A stretch of 64,000 nt of DNA. Origin: Epiperipatus broadwayi (Eukaryota; Animalia; Onychophora). This document shows positions 13,666 through 25,404 of this stretch, in pieces (within the stretch, counting starts at the first letter, position 1; every line of letters starts with the position of its first letter). The notes under the pieces are model-generated. The model made no database searches and was not told the origin of the DNA. It saw nothing but the letters and a program-made list of their open reading frames with translations. The stretch spans positions 12,028,001 through 12,092,000 of the forward strand of contig JAQFVV010000005.1 in NCBI GenBank assembly GCA_028023455.1. The letters run 5' to 3'. The position numbers and the translations under genes are program-made.

Positions 13666-13899
13666 GTGTATAAAATAAGATATTTTTAAAAAAAAAAACA
13701 CACAGAAACTGAAAGGCAAGGTTAAAGTTGAAAGAGGTAAGATCTGGATAATATTGTACTGGAAAGGGGACTGATGTTACTATTAATATATAGGAAAAAT
13801 GAACATTAAAAATTTTTTAAATATTTATATAAAGACTAATGTTAACATGGTTGATGAAAAACAGTGAATAACAAATAAAATGTAGTCACTTGACACTGG

Positions 13900-14617
13900 A
13901 GAAGAGTAACCAATGGAGGCTGAGACAGTAACTGATGAGGATAACTTCACTGCGTCAGAGGAGCAAAAGACAGTTGCACTCATATTGGAAATATTGCAGG
14001 CAGTAATGAATCAAAATCAAAAACAAATAAAAGAAGAAATACTAGCAGCAATGAAAGAAGAAAATGAATGAAATAAACAAAACAAAGAATATGAGATTCA
14101 CAAAACAAAGAAAAAAATGATACAATGCTAGCAAAAATTAAGGAAATGCATAATAAAATGGATCAAATAAAAAGAAAATAATAGAAGACACAAAGAAAGG
14201 ATGGAGAAGATGCATGCATTCATGAAAAAAATGGATGAAAAGAATATTAAAAAAGATACAGATGATATGAATCTTCCTGAAGTCATCATCAGTGAAGATA
14301 CAACCCTGGTAGATAAAACTAAAGAAATCATTATCAATGGAAATGTAAACCTGATAGATGACCCTAAGAAAGTTATCAGTATAATTGACGATGAAAGGCA
14401 TAAAGAAGATAAAACATCTATAACACAAACTTTAAATTTAAAATCAACTATGATAATAAAAGATTCCACTGAAGTATTGAATATGGATCAATTTGATAAG
14501 CATATTAATGAAGAAGTCATAATCCAAGCATCTACAAAAATAATGATATATGTGAAAATGTGCCACAGTTTGCTGTTGGACAAATATTTCGAGGTCTTTA
14601 TCTGGAAACAAAAATGA
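13900..14617 (+). pseudogene. Degenerate charged/coiled-coil, possibly gag-like ORF of the outer element
   Basis: E/K-rich ORF 14201-14617 and an upstream broken frame lie in the internal region of the outer LTR element. No diagnostic motif was seen, so the call rests on position. Confidence 0.35.
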
Positions 14618-15262
14618 AGTTGCTCTCCTGAGCATTGATAAGAAAAAATATTTAAAACAAGTCAAAAATAAATGTGTTCAATATTCTAAAGCCTATAAAA
14701 GAAAAAGGCTAAATATTAAAAGGCAATTAAAGCAAATAAAATATTTTACTACGAATCTGAGTTTAAACCAATGGATTACTACAGTCAGTGCGTAATTCTG
14801 TAGTTGGTGATCCAAAGGACATCAAAACTGGAAGAGCAAGATGAAAATAAAACCTCATCCAGATTGAAGAAAATATAATATGGATTGAGTTATCACAAAA
14901 TATATTCTTGCCAAGAACTAAATATATAGAAATAGGTAATACCTAACTTTACAAAGATAAAGGATGGCTTGCTCCCTGTTGACATTGGATCAGTTGAAAG
15001 AAGTAATGAAAAATACAATTGTTTTTAATAAAGAAATTAAAACCTGAATGTGACTCATCTCAAAAAGATTTGAATCAAGCAAACTATGCGAAATAGATAA
15101 ATACTAACTTGCGATTAAATCAAGAATATATTTCACTTTAAAAAATTTATTTGACAAAATGTGAAAAGAAATTAATTATAAAAAAAACTAATAGAATTGT
15201 GATTTAAGAAGAGAAATAGAATACTTCAAAATTCCATTGTCTCTTCTTGATGGTAGAGGATA

Positions 15263-16577
15263 TGTAACTATTATATTGACAATGCCAATATTACATAGAG
15301 ATATTTTTAAAAACCAAGATGTGTGTACTCATTTATGCATATATATATATGTAGGATTGAAATAAAGAAGGGAGAAATGAAATAGGCACAAGTTGATATA
15401 TTTATTTAGTTAATTTTCCCTTGGATTCAAAACAAAGATTCATTATGGAGATGACCCCAAAAATTTATAGACAGCAAAAGCTTTTATCTGTAAATGAAGT
15501 CGAAAATATTGAAATGAGATTTTTTTCTCTCTATCACTTGCTCTTACTTGTAATAGGAGGAAATAAAATAAATTATCTATCAAGTTAAAACTATACAAAT
15601 AGTATAAATTTATAAATACTTTAATTTATTAGAAGTGATGAAATTACCCTGGTTATTCAAAATTTTATGTAAGTTGGCTTATTATATTAAAACAAATAGC
15701 CCATCAGTTCTTATTCCTAATATAATGTTCAGTATCTTCCCTATCTGCTAGAGATAAATGGAACTTTGCAAATGAACAGTCAAGAAAAACTTTTTAAGAA
15801 GAAATAAAATATCAACACTACATATAATTGCATTTAATTAATATTTTATTTAAGAATACTTAAAGGAAGAGGAAGGGCTTTTAAACAAATGGTAAGATAA
15901 TCTAATGCTTTAATACTTTTATTTTGTTATCAATGTGGAACATGCAAAACACCAAAAGGTAAAAACTGAACTTTGAAACTGCCAAAAATGGCATTATCGT
16001 TTATTCATGAATGAAATAGAAAAATAAAATATTTAAAGTTTAAATGGTTCATGAAATAAATTATATGGCTATTTATAAAGAATAATATGAATTAAGTTAT
16101 TTCCAGAAAAACAATATAAAAATAAATATTTTTTTTTTGCATATACTTACTTTCATTATAATTTCCATCTTGAAAAGTATTCAAGAAAAAGAAGATGCTA
16201 TCAATTTATTTCACTTTTTTTTCCCATTAATAAATTATTTCATTATTACTAAGTTGTCTATTGTTATTTTATGCCTATATTGAAACAAGTATAAAATCAA
16301 ATACCTTGATATTTCATTAAATACACTTATCATATTGCTATAATTCTTTTATTTTATACCACACATGTTAATGAATACATATAATTAATGCCAAACACAT
16401 GGGTTGTAGAAAGATCCCCCCCCCGCTCTGAAAATATACTGTCTGGTACATGATATTCGGAATGTATGATACTGGAGGCAAATGAGTATTTGTATATAGT
16501 GATCTTAGTTAATCAACTACTAATTTCATATCATTTGCATGTATATTCTACTTCTGCTTCTAATAGTTACCATTACA
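15263..16577 (+). repeat. Right LTR of the outer element (1315 bp)
   Basis: TGTAAC...TTACA, homologous to 598-681 plus 4060-5414, followed by the ATAT TSD. Confidence 0.8.
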
Positions 16578-17370
16578 ATATATATAAACAATAGATTGAA
16601 GCTTATCTTGGACAGATCTCCTCATGTCCATAGTGGATCCAAATATAGGGAAGCCTAAGAACTTCTGAGGCTTTGCTGTAAATGGGCCAAGAATGTTCTT
16701 ATTGGAGGATAATTGCCAGTCAGATAATTTGGCCATAATAAATTGGAAGCTGGATTGATTAGAGAACTCCTCAAGCACAGATAGAAACTTGGGAATTAGC
16801 TTTTTCGACGGAAGAAAAATGGCCAAGTCATCCATTTGGTAATGTGGTGGATTGATGTATTTAATGCTGGCATATGGATGCCAGGAAAAGAGAATGGATT
16901 GAGGTAAGTGATGAAAAACAGGCACTGAGAGGGAAGCCCTGTGGAATGAAGGATGGGGTGGCCCGAAGGGAGGAGAAAGTTTCCTATTCAGTGAGATGCA
17001 CACTTCACGATTGTAAAGAAGATTCTTAATAATATTAATGATTCCAGAGGAAATGTCATGTTCGCCAACAAGGTTAAAAGGGCATTGATTTGGATAAAAT
17101 CAAAAGCAGCGGAGATGTTGAACTGAACTACCACCGGCCTTGATTGCCTGGAGAATCTGATATGGTCAATAATTGTTTTAAAGAGACTGATGGCATCCGC
17201 AGTTGAATTACCCTTTTTTGCAAATTGGTATTGAGAAATATGGGGGAGAATTTTGATTTGAAATTTTATCTTTGATAGTCGACTCAATGACCTTGATCAT
17301 CAGAGGAATCATAGAGATGTGCTGCAAATTCTCTAGCGGAGATGGAATTATAAACTTACCTTTAAATTAA
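16578..17370 (-). pseudogene. Non-LTR retrotransposon (LINE) reverse transcriptase remnant, clade unresolved
   Basis: ORFs 16988-17287 (QYQFAKKGNSTADAI...VVQFNISAAFDFI) and 16560-17003 (RKLSPPF, YQMDDLAIFL, LEEFSNQSSFQF, KFLGFPI) match non-LTR RT motifs in order. The frame is cut at the ATAT TSD of the outer LTR element. Confidence 0.8.
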
Positions 17371-17815
17371 TCATAATATAGGCACACAAGATTTCTAAAT
17401 TCTACATATTTAATTAAATTCTAAACACAGCCATTCTTCAGTAATAGATAGAAAATTATGATTTCTCAGAAATGTTATAAAGAAATTTTAACATGATGGG
17501 GGATCTAGTAATGAGAAAGAAATCTATTTATGATTTATTTTAATGCTTTAAAGTTTTTAAAATTAGGTGTCTTCCCAAACTCACATTGCCCCAAGGGGAA
17601 CATTGAGAGCAATGAAGCATAAACAACTCTATATTTAAATTTAACTCCCTCCATCATTCAACTGAATATATATAAGATAAAATATACAATAAGCAAATTA
17701 ATATTTATTGCGTCAACTAATTAAAGCCAGTAAAACTTCGACATATAAAATATTAAATAAGATTTAGTAGGTTAAAACTGTGTAAATATAAAATAAAAGT
17801 AATTAATTAGTTACA

Positions 17816-17905
17816 TGATTTAAAGATTGATCTAAAACATATTACCAGCTAGGTTATCAAAGATTTAAAGATTGATCTAAAATAAATTACCAGCTAAGTT
17901 ATGAA
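17816..17905. repeat. 45-bp tandem duplication
   Basis: TAAAGATTGATCTAAAA.A.ATTACCAGCTA.GTTAT occurs at 17821 and 17866. Confidence 0.85.
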
Positions 17906-18149
17906 ATACTTCGGGATTCCTTCTTAGCAGACTATTGAAGGGCTTCTTGGATATAGGGATTGGCATGGTGATAGCAAAGACTGCTGGATCTTAATGAGGA
18001 ATTGAATTTCAGGACGCCTGCTGCCTGATGACCATGGGGAGGTGCGTGGCTGACTACTCATGAATGATTTCAGGCACTGTATGTATTTTATATATAATTA
18101 AGCCGAGTTAATCTTCAACAAAATAAATTTTCAATAATAATTTCTACAA

Positions 18150-18500
18150 AATATGCCAGAATGACTTTCAAATAAAAGCTGTTCATCCCTAACAATACCC
18201 CATTCCCTCTTATATATCATTCTCATACACCTGAAGTACATTTTGTTAGCTCTTCCTTTCTGTTGCATCTGTTTTTACTTCTGTAGTCCTTCATGCTGCC
18301 ACATGGGTTTCCTGACCTTCATTTCTATTCCTTATTTCACACCTTAAAATATGTGTAGATATTCAAATGTGTTGAATTGTAAATCCATCCGATTGTTTCA
18401 CTAGATTAGGTTATAAGGCACTTACATAACTTTAATAATGGTTTGTTTCCATTACCTAGCCTATCTCCCATTGTATGAAAAACATTCCACTCCTATTATT
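18150..18500 (-). pseudogene. Highly degraded RTE-like LINE ORF2 C-terminal relic
   Basis: Minus strand fragments FEYL and RANKMYFRCMRMIYKR...VRDEQ weakly resemble the post-RT region of RTE elements. Confidence 0.3.
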
Positions 18501-18829
18501 TAATTATCATGCTCTTTTCTTTAATAAAATGTTTCCTTTTAAAACTTACTTAAAAATGTGGCAATTCAAAATAACTTTTAACCTTATTTTTAAACTGTAC
18601 ACACACATGTGCACCCGTACTAGAGTGTGTGTGAATATATAGAAATATATAACATACTCTGGGAAATGGTTTGATTTGAAAAACATGAAGCATGCACCGC
18701 TTCAATATATAAATATGTATGTCTCAATAAAGAGCTGTGTGCAGTTCTGTCTCTGAATAAATGCATGTGTTATGTTGTAACATAATTTAGCTATTTACAA
18801 CAAAAATTTCAGGGCTCTAGTGTGTCTAA

Positions 18830-19200
18830 ATCATGACTATGACATTAAATGTGGTAATGTGTTCCATACTTATATAAATCATCTTCAATGTTCTCTCTAC
18901 CATCACAAAATCTTATAAACTTGCCACTCATGGAATCAAGAATTTCAGTAGCAGTTTTTCCTAATTTAAAATAATTTTAATGTATCATGATTTTTATAAT
19001 GTGGATTAAAGTAGGAAACACAATGTGATACTTCATACAGTTTCTCATGATGCAGACACATTAGAGCTTTAAAATTTTTGTGAATAGCTATACTATATCT
19101 TTATGTAATGTGATGATTCAGATATGTACCATGTGTTGATTCAGAGATGGTGCTACAGGCATCTTGGAGAAAAACAGCCACCTTTTCACTGGTACACAGA
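18830..19200 (-). mobile_element. Mariner-like transposon relic (transposase N-terminus and 5' UTR)
   Basis: Minus strand reads IKIILKLGKTATEI-like followed by RFCDGRENIEDD, matching the mariner N-terminal helix-turn-helix region with a deletion. TAGCACCATCT lies upstream, like the TAGCGCCATCT motif of mariner 5' ends. TIRs were not resolved. Confidence 0.5.
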
Positions 19201-19479
19201 ATGTAAATAGTATATATAAATTCTGATAAAGTTTGTGTTTTCAAATTACATTTCATATCAAAAGACATTTTGTAGCTGTACACAATATACTTTCTTTTTA
19301 TATTCACTATTTATCTACGTTAATATAATTTTAGAAAAATTGTTATTTCAATAATTGTTACACTACGTAAATCAAACAAATTCTTAAACTGTTTTCTGAT
19401 ATTCTAGATCTAAGTTAAGTTTTCCTTTTAGACATTATTACCAGTCTTATTTATTAGTAGGAATTTCTATTGACATTAC

Positions 19480-19660
19480 CATGGATCTAATGAAAAACTT
19501 GCACTAAGCATCTTTGATGCAATCTGAATTTAATTTTCATTACATTGTTCACATAGCTTCTTAATGACCCTATCATCACCATTTGCTTTCATCTCTTTTC
19601 CATAAAATATTAATCCTACAACTATGGTGTCGGCATAATTGACTACTTTCCTTAAGATAA
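19480..19660 (-). pseudogene. Non-LTR RT relic (YADD region)
   Basis: Minus strand reads NYADTIVVGLI...VIKKLCEQCNEN, resembling the (F/Y)ADDTxVVGLI...WC..N.L segment of some LINE RTs. Confidence 0.35.
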
Positions 19661-22600
19661 TTTTAATGTTAACTTTTTAATAATTACTAATTAACAAACC
19701 CTAATTCCTCGTATTTGGCAGACTAATATTGCTTTTATTTATGAAACTGTATAAATTTTATGGTAATGTTCTCCTGAGAATAACTTTTCTAATAATCAGG
19801 TGTAAACTCAAGCAACCAATGTAAATTAATGTAAAGAGTGTAATAACCATCAGATATGAGAAATACTATAAACAAACAATAAGTGCCTAAACAAAACAAT
19901 TTTCTAATGTCTTGTGGAATAAAATGATGGATTATCAGTTCATAGATAAGGTTCCCAAAGCAATTTCTGTCGTCTTTTTGTTTCCTTTCATTTTGTCCAT
20001 TTTTTTATTATTTAATTTTATTATTGTCAGTCATTTAGCTAATCTGATCACCATGGTATCCTCATGCTTCTAATTATCTCTCTGCACCAGTTACAACAAT
20101 GAGAGTGCATATTTTTGCAATTACATTACTATTAAATTCTGCCTATGCTGTTTTCTTAATATTTTGTTTTCTGTATTCAAAACAGCTTATAAGTTTAAAA
20201 AGCTATGATGAGAATTCTAAATTATGATCATGCATGAGGCAATTCAAACAATAATGAGTCATTTTGAAATGGAAGTTATATGTTGAGCAGAAATATTTAG
20301 ATATCTTCTGTGCCATTAGAGCATGTGCCACCACCTCACATCATAGATATATACTATGAAAATTTTTTTTTAGGATTCTTGAATATTGAAATGCCTGGTT
20401 GATGTCTTTCTTAATTTTCATTTATCATCATATAATAATACTATCTTTATTATAGTTATAAACATAAAAGATAATAATCTAATATTATTTTTTATTGTTT
20501 TAAAAGAATCATATATAATTTATTTTAATATTTTAAAAATATCACTCAATTTTAAAGAAAATAAGTTTCACTGTAATGGAAATTAAAATGACATTTCATT
20601 TCAAGAGTAAAATTGTAATTCAAATCTATTTCATAAAATCATTTTTTACATATACGTATTTCAATAGGATCTAATAAATAAATAATATACTACTCTTAGA
20701 CGTGTATGAATTTGTTTTGTATGTATGCACTTGTAAATGACATTAAAATGAATTTAAATATAACAATAACTAGATTTTATAAGACAATATCTTGAGCGAA
20801 TCATATATATATAACAGTGGTGAACTTCTTACAATAGGAAACAAAAAGGGACAACAAGCAGATCATTAAAAAAGAAAGACCTTGTTTTCATTCTTTTAAA
20901 AAAGTGTGTTCTTTTCATACGTCTTAGATATTGCTTACTTCCAAAAAAAAAAAAAGCTTTGTAACAATAAAGATTTAATTACTATAAAGAATAAGGAGAG
21001 ATGTACTTACTTAAGAACTTACATATTAAAGAGAAATCTAACATGAACAGCTAGAGAAGTTAACACCTACTTTAAAGGGAAGTCTACATTCCAATTAAGG
21101 CTCAATAACAACTGAAATGCAATTAATGCCATGCTATAAAGATTGATTTGCTTTTAATGGCAATTATAAGTATAAGCATTTACATATGTACACATTTATT
21201 GGAAATATAATATGACGGTCCATGGATAATGCCATCAAGGAAACCAAAATAATATTAGTGATTAAAATTGAATATATTTTGTATTGTAGAAAATTAAATT
21301 TTAATTTCTCATACTTTTATTATTATATCTAGAGGATATATATATATATTAGAATCGTTTTCTTACTCATATTACCAAAAATTTTAATAAACTGGTGTAA
21401 TATTTACACCCATTCCAATAGGATTATATTGCATTAATGTGGTCTGTATTATTATTTTAGAAATAATATATACTGTAATGACCAAAATCGAAAGATTATC
21501 TGAAAAGAAATGTTCAGTAGCTTTGGATATATATATATGAAAAACAAAAACAAGTTATAATCACGTAACTTGCTATCACTTGTATTTATGATCAATAGAT
21601 GGCGTTTTACCAAAACCACACCATCTATTAATATATATATATATATAGCTAAGAAACGTAAATTATAGAACATTGTATTATAAGAACCATCTAAATAGGA
21701 TTAAAGAAATACATACCAGTGAACAAAATTATATTAGTGATTTATTACAAAGAATTTTATGCAGTGTTGGTATCATTAAGAGGTGTGATAATCCAGCAGA
21801 CATTGTATTTTAAAATATACATGCATATTATAGATATTATGTGTGTCATCATTTCATCAACTTTTCAATTCCATTTCAAGTTTCATTAGTTGTTCATTAA
21901 AAAGGATATTTAATGTGTATATGTATGTTTTTAGTTATGAGTATTTAAATCTATATATGATCAAAAAATTCAAAATTACAATTAATCAACAACTTAATAT
22001 TTTGAATAACTTAATTAGCTTTTTATATTGCTATAATGTCAAATATAAATAAGCTCTAGGATTTTGTAAATTTTGAATACTTAATAAATGGATGTAAATA
22101 TAGATTTTCCTCTGTTTATCAACTTATGCCTACATTTACCATCACAATGAGTTTTAACCATTAGATAATTATCACATACTGAGTTTATCCACTAGTGTTT
22201 TATCAACTCCATTTATGAGTTATTACTATTTGATGTAAATAAATTATTACAAAATTAAGTTATAAATCTTACTTATTTTAAGTAATAAAGGGATATAAAT
22301 AAATAAGAATGTATTGGTATATAGTTCAAATAGTATTAGTTTAAATACCTTTCAGCTGATTAAAAGTCAGGCTACTATCTTTAAAAAATCTTATCACATC
22401 CATTAAAGCTATGTTCATTTTAGGATTGTAGTGGTATAGATTAGGGACTTAAAAAACCAGATGATCAAAATCTTTCAATAAAGCCATTTTACACTTCATA
22501 TATCTGGATTTAATTTATACTTATTAGTCTCTGTCTCTTGGGCATCATACGAATAACCTGACCCATTTAGTACTTAATTATGATAATCATATAAGACCGC

Positions 22601-24484
22601 AGAAATGATCACCTAAAAAGGTTATGTCTTTCAAAATTTTGCTAGATCAGCATGCCTGGTAGATTGCTTATTAAAACAGTAGAAATATTTATAATATTAA
22701 CACAGAAGAAAATAGTAATAAACCACAAATATTTTATCATTTGGAATATTTGACTGTTATATGATTGAACTCTTTAACACTTGAATGTTGAAAATGCTTG
22801 TGATTTGAGTAGCAGTCAAAGCTAAGACTGACATAATTATTGTTTTATATTGTAATGTCTTGATATGACTTTCAAAAATACATCAAATTTCTTATATCAT
22901 GCTGATTTATAAACTTCCTCTATTTCAGTTGCTTAGTAGTTTTTTCAGGACTTCCTTTCTACTTTGATTGTCAAAATATTATTGGCAAAAAAGATTAGAG
23001 TATTTATATGTCAACATTCTTTGGCTTGATAAATGGGATACTATTAAAACTATTATTGCAAATTAGATCTTGTTTTAGAATAACTATATAAAACTAATAG
23101 ATAGTCACAGCTCCTCAAAGAAGTATTTTATAAAGAACATGAGCATGTTTTTTTTATGGACAAGGCCAATCCTGATTATATTAAAAGATTATCTTAAAGA
23201 CACTAAAAAATGGAATATTGATTAATTTCAATAGAAAATCACTGATAATAGAAAACAATGAACAGCGACAACTAGACAAAAATGTAGAAATATTTCTCAG
23301 AAAAAGGTAAAACCCAGCATCGCAAGATATCAAGCCATAAAGGACCAACATGTTATCTTTGTGATTAATGGATTTAATTATCACTTTTAATTTATAAATA
23401 TATATATAAAACTTTCTCTTTTTAGTAAATTGCTTAATATTAAATTTTAACCTTTTTAAGAAAGATAAAGTTTTATGTTTGAGAGTATTTTAAAAAGAAA
23501 AAAACAAAATATTTTAATACATATGCTAAATTTTATTTTTAATTAGAATTGTTGTTTTTCTTTTCTCTTTATCTCCCTTCTATGCAAAAAAAATTCAAAT
23601 CAGTGCAATTAACTGATTATCTTGTTTTCCCTTTTGCAAGAATTCTTTTTAATTAGAAATGCCAAGAATTTTAAGTTAATTTAAGTTCTTTTCTTGTTTT
23701 TTAATGTCTATGATTAAGGAGGGAAATAGCTGAACAATTGTATTTGTAAAAATTTACCTAATTGGTTGTCAACAAAATTATCAGGTTAGAGACAGATTGT
23801 GATTGGCTTGTAGGGAAGATTGTGCCAGAAAAAAATTAAAAGGTGTGTGAATAAATCAGAAAGATCCAAGCATCTGGTAAAAAGAGATATTCCTAACTTA
23901 ATTGATGATAAAGCAGTCAAGTCTTAATCCAGCTGATAAAGGAGAAAGAAGCAGAAGACTTCACCAAGTTGTTGCCAGCAGGCATCTTAACTAAGCTATT
24001 GCATAGAATAGCAGAAGTTCTAATCAAGCTTTTAGCATACTATGAGTTGTTATAAAAATGGTTTCTACAGTGAAAACCATGAGCTAAATTTAGCTAAAAG
24101 CTAGATATCTTCCTCCATGTAATCTACCTTCACTGGAATAGTAAAGAAGTTACCCCCTAAAATAATCTGCAACCTTGTCTTCAATCAAGAGCATATGTGT
24201 GTTACCTAAAAATTTTAGTGAAAAGAAATGAATAAAACTTGCTATTTTTAACCTGAAAATACTGCACATCAGAAAAAGGACAAAATAATCATGTTCATGT
24301 GTTTAAGTCATCAAGAAGAAAACTCAACTGGAAAAACTGGAAATTATAATTGGAAAGGACTCCACAGAAAAAAAAAAATAAAACCATAGTTAAAGGTATT
24401 ATTGGTGCTTTTCTCACCTACTGGACGAGCCACCAGGTGACACTGCAGAACCACCAAAACGCCTATAAGTGATAAATTAAAAAA

Positions 24485-24720
24485 AAATTGCTCAAAATTG
24501 CTGAAATTGAAAACTGGAACCCCCCGCATAAAAACAAAAATGGCTAAAATCGCTGAAATTGAAATTTAAAACAAAAATGTCTCAAAATCGCTGAAATTAA
24601 AATTTGGACGCCCCTTACAAAAAAACCAAAAATGTCTCAAAATCACTGAAATTGAAATTTAAAACAAAAATTGACTAGAACTTCTGAGGTGAAAAATAGT
24701 TTGGACACCCCCCCCCCCCG
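24485..24720. repeat. Short subterminal tandem motifs of the foldback arm (mirrored at ~30480-30740)
   Basis: CAAAATCGCTGAAATTGAAA-type motif is repeated about four times with poly-C tracts. The inverse TTTCAGCGATTTTGACCGATTT is repeated in the right arm. Confidence 0.85.
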
Positions 24721-25404
24721 CACAAAGATTTCAATGAAAAATAAGTAAAGTGCAAATTATGAATGCTATTTTCAAATAAATGGAAGAAAAACTATAATAA
24801 AAGTCTAAGAAATTGAACAAAAATATACTAAATATCAAGCAGTAATACAGTACATTTGAAAAAAAATTCAACAATGGGGAGTGTAATAATTCACATTAAA
24901 TGTAGATAATGAGCTCATAGCGATTTAAAAAATTAAAGTAGTTATAAATAATAAACTTAATAACAGACTAATACATAATAAGTAATCAATGTTTGCATTA
25001 ACCTATAATTACTACAGCCTTCGCTCTGAATTTTATTACAGAATATAATCAATAGTGTCATTAGAGTTTAAATTCAGTTAATATGTTACTCTATTACATC
25101 GCACATATATAAAATCAACAAAATAGAAATAAAATAATTAGAATAGAAAATAGAATTTCAAAATAATTAAAATAGATTACCAGTTTCCTTCGAGAGTGAG
25201 TTGATCATTCAGGAGGTCCTTGAATTTTTTCATCCTTGCAAAATGAAACTTGGGCATTCTAGATCTCTTCATTTGTGACAAAATCTGGGATTTATGTATT
25301 AAATTTTTCCCGTCTATTGATCGCGTTATCTTTCACTTAAAGTTTGCTATTTTTAAAATAACTTACACACAATTTTGAAATGTAGATAGAAACTGAAAAA
25401 ATAG

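Larger units (their letters stand above)
598..16577 (+). mobile_element. Old non-autonomous LTR retrotransposon (outer element of a nested stack)
   Basis: Two homologous terminal repeats begin TGTAACTATT (598, 15263) and end TAATAGTTA..TTACA (5414, 16577). ATAT lies immediately before 598 and after 16577 (4-bp TSD). Purine-rich GGTAGAGGATA precedes the right LTR (PPT-like), suggesting + orientation. About 1.67 kb of internal sequence remains once the nested Gypsy is removed. Confidence 0.8.

Noticed and set aside
14128-14469. Hydrophobic minus-strand ORFs (also 32726-33169, 35680-35883, 56350-56643 and similar)
   Set aside because: These are shadows of A-rich plus-strand sequence or chance ORFs in AT-rich DNA.
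17400-17700. Possible Penelope 3' end relic sharing AACTCCCTCCAT with 29043-29055
   Set aside because: Similarity is short and the translation is too degraded to support a call.
18022-18060. CTGATGA motif
   Set aside because: No downstream GAAA or helices, so not a hammerhead.
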